64,000 nucleotides of DNA. Origin: Podarcis vaucheri. Lineage: Eukaryota. The stretch lies in the NCBI GenBank assembly GCA_965113315.1, contig OZ220366.1. The stretch is one strand, 5' to 3'. Numbering within the stretch: the first letter of the stretch is position 1; every line of letters begins with the position of its first letter. The translations under genes were made by a program, and so were the position numbers. Positions 62,950 through 64,000 of this stretch are shown one piece after another. The notes beneath the pieces were generated by a model. That model was not told the DNA's origin. It was given only the letters and a program-made list of their open reading frames with translations, and ran no database searches.

Positions 62950-63438
62950 GACCTGGGTAATATATTTATTATACCTAATCGATAGATAAGACGTGACTTT
63001 CAGTGCATACTCTGAAGTAAACCCTATTGAGTTCAATGGGGCTTACTTCTAGGTAAGTGTCATAGGATTGCAGTTTGGGTCCCGTTTATTTCCAGTGCAG
63101 GTACGAGTGCATGTGAATGGTGTATAGTCCTAGGGTAATTACTCTGGTGTAAGTTTCCCTGAGAACTAACTTCCATTAAATTCAGACCCATAGGAATGTA
63201 GTCGACGTTGGGCTTAGCTGTGACTAACATAGGCTGGCTTTTGCCAATTGTTATATACTTTTGGATGAGGACACTGGATAATTTTAGAGTCTGGGTGGTC
63301 TAATAACATTTCCTAAAGAAGTTCCCCGGGTCAGAACTAAACTGAAGAAAGGAAACATGTCTGCTACCATGTTTGAAGAAGATAAAGGACATTTTTAATA
63401 ATGAAGTGAACTTGCTTGTTTTCTGTTCACATATACTT

Positions 63439-63802
63439 TAAAGGTAAAGGTACCCCTGACCATTAGGTCCAGTTGTGAACGACTCTGGGGTTGCGGTGCT
63501 TATTTCGCTCTATAAGCCGAGGGAGCCGGCGTTTGTCCGCAGACAGCTTCCAGGTCATGTGGCCAGCATGACTTAAGCTGCTTCTGGCGAAACTAGAGCA
63601 GTGCACAGAAACACTGTTTATCTTCCTGCTGGAGTGGTACCTATTATCTACTTGCACTTTGACGCGCTTTCAAACTGCTAGGTGGGCAGGAGCTGGGACT
63701 GAACAATGGGAGCTCACCTTGTCGTGGGGATTCAAACCGCCAACCTTCTGATTGGCAAGTCCTAGGCTCTGTGGTTTAGACCACAGCACCACCCGCGTCC
63801 CC
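63439..63802 (-). mobile_element. Full-length Sauria SINE
   Basis: Minus strand begins with a tRNA-like head GGGACGCGGGTGGTGCTGTGGTCTAAACC...GGTTTGAATCC and ends in an ACCTTT tail. 13-bp TSD ttcac(a/g)tatactt at 63426-63438 and 63803-63815. Confidence 0.92.
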
Positions 63803-64000
63803 TTCACGTATACTTAAGGCAAAGTTAAAAATTATTTGTTGCTCCAAGTATGATAAGTGTACTCTGGGCAACAAACAGTCCTTGAAGTAGACTATTTTCA
63901 TTCTTGCTGTGGAATGCAAGGTCGTATTTTAGTTTCTGTGTTATCATGGTTGGACTGAAGCTGGAAAATGCATGCAATTTGTGGTGGTAGATTTGGAATG

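Noticed and set aside
54601-64000. BCOR exon 7 and later exons
   Set aside because: No segment matching the expected DRKRK/AKRRRVSK or ankyrin sequence was recognised by eye; presumed beyond the window. tblastn would settle this.

Overview
Vertebrate DNA from a squamate reptile, probably a lacertid lizard (judged from a full-length Sauria SINE and other squamate-type repeats). The window covers the 5' half of BCOR (BCL6 corepressor, PRC1.1 scaffold) on the + strand. Coding exons 2 (ATG at 47117), 3, 4 (2805 nt) and 6 have canonical splice sites and consistent phases. The 54-nt exon 5 is not visible and probably lies in the 148-N gap. Exon 7 onward was not found in the window. The first ~45 kb is a chain of CpG islands containing a candidate non-coding exon 1 (donor at 8569) and several enhancer-like motif clusters, interspersed with SINEs, LINE fragments (CR1, L2, L1) and MITEs. 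I found no convincing wholly new biological system. The best leads are a perfect DR5 retinoic-acid response element 4 kb upstream of the start codon, a predicted spliced uORF overlapping the BCOR start, a dispersed ~90-bp hairpin family whose copies look CpG-richer inside islands, a young hAT MITE with telomere-like repeats, and a possible NRF1-driven element in intron 6. Comparisons to human BCOR and repeat-family names come from recall, not database searches.
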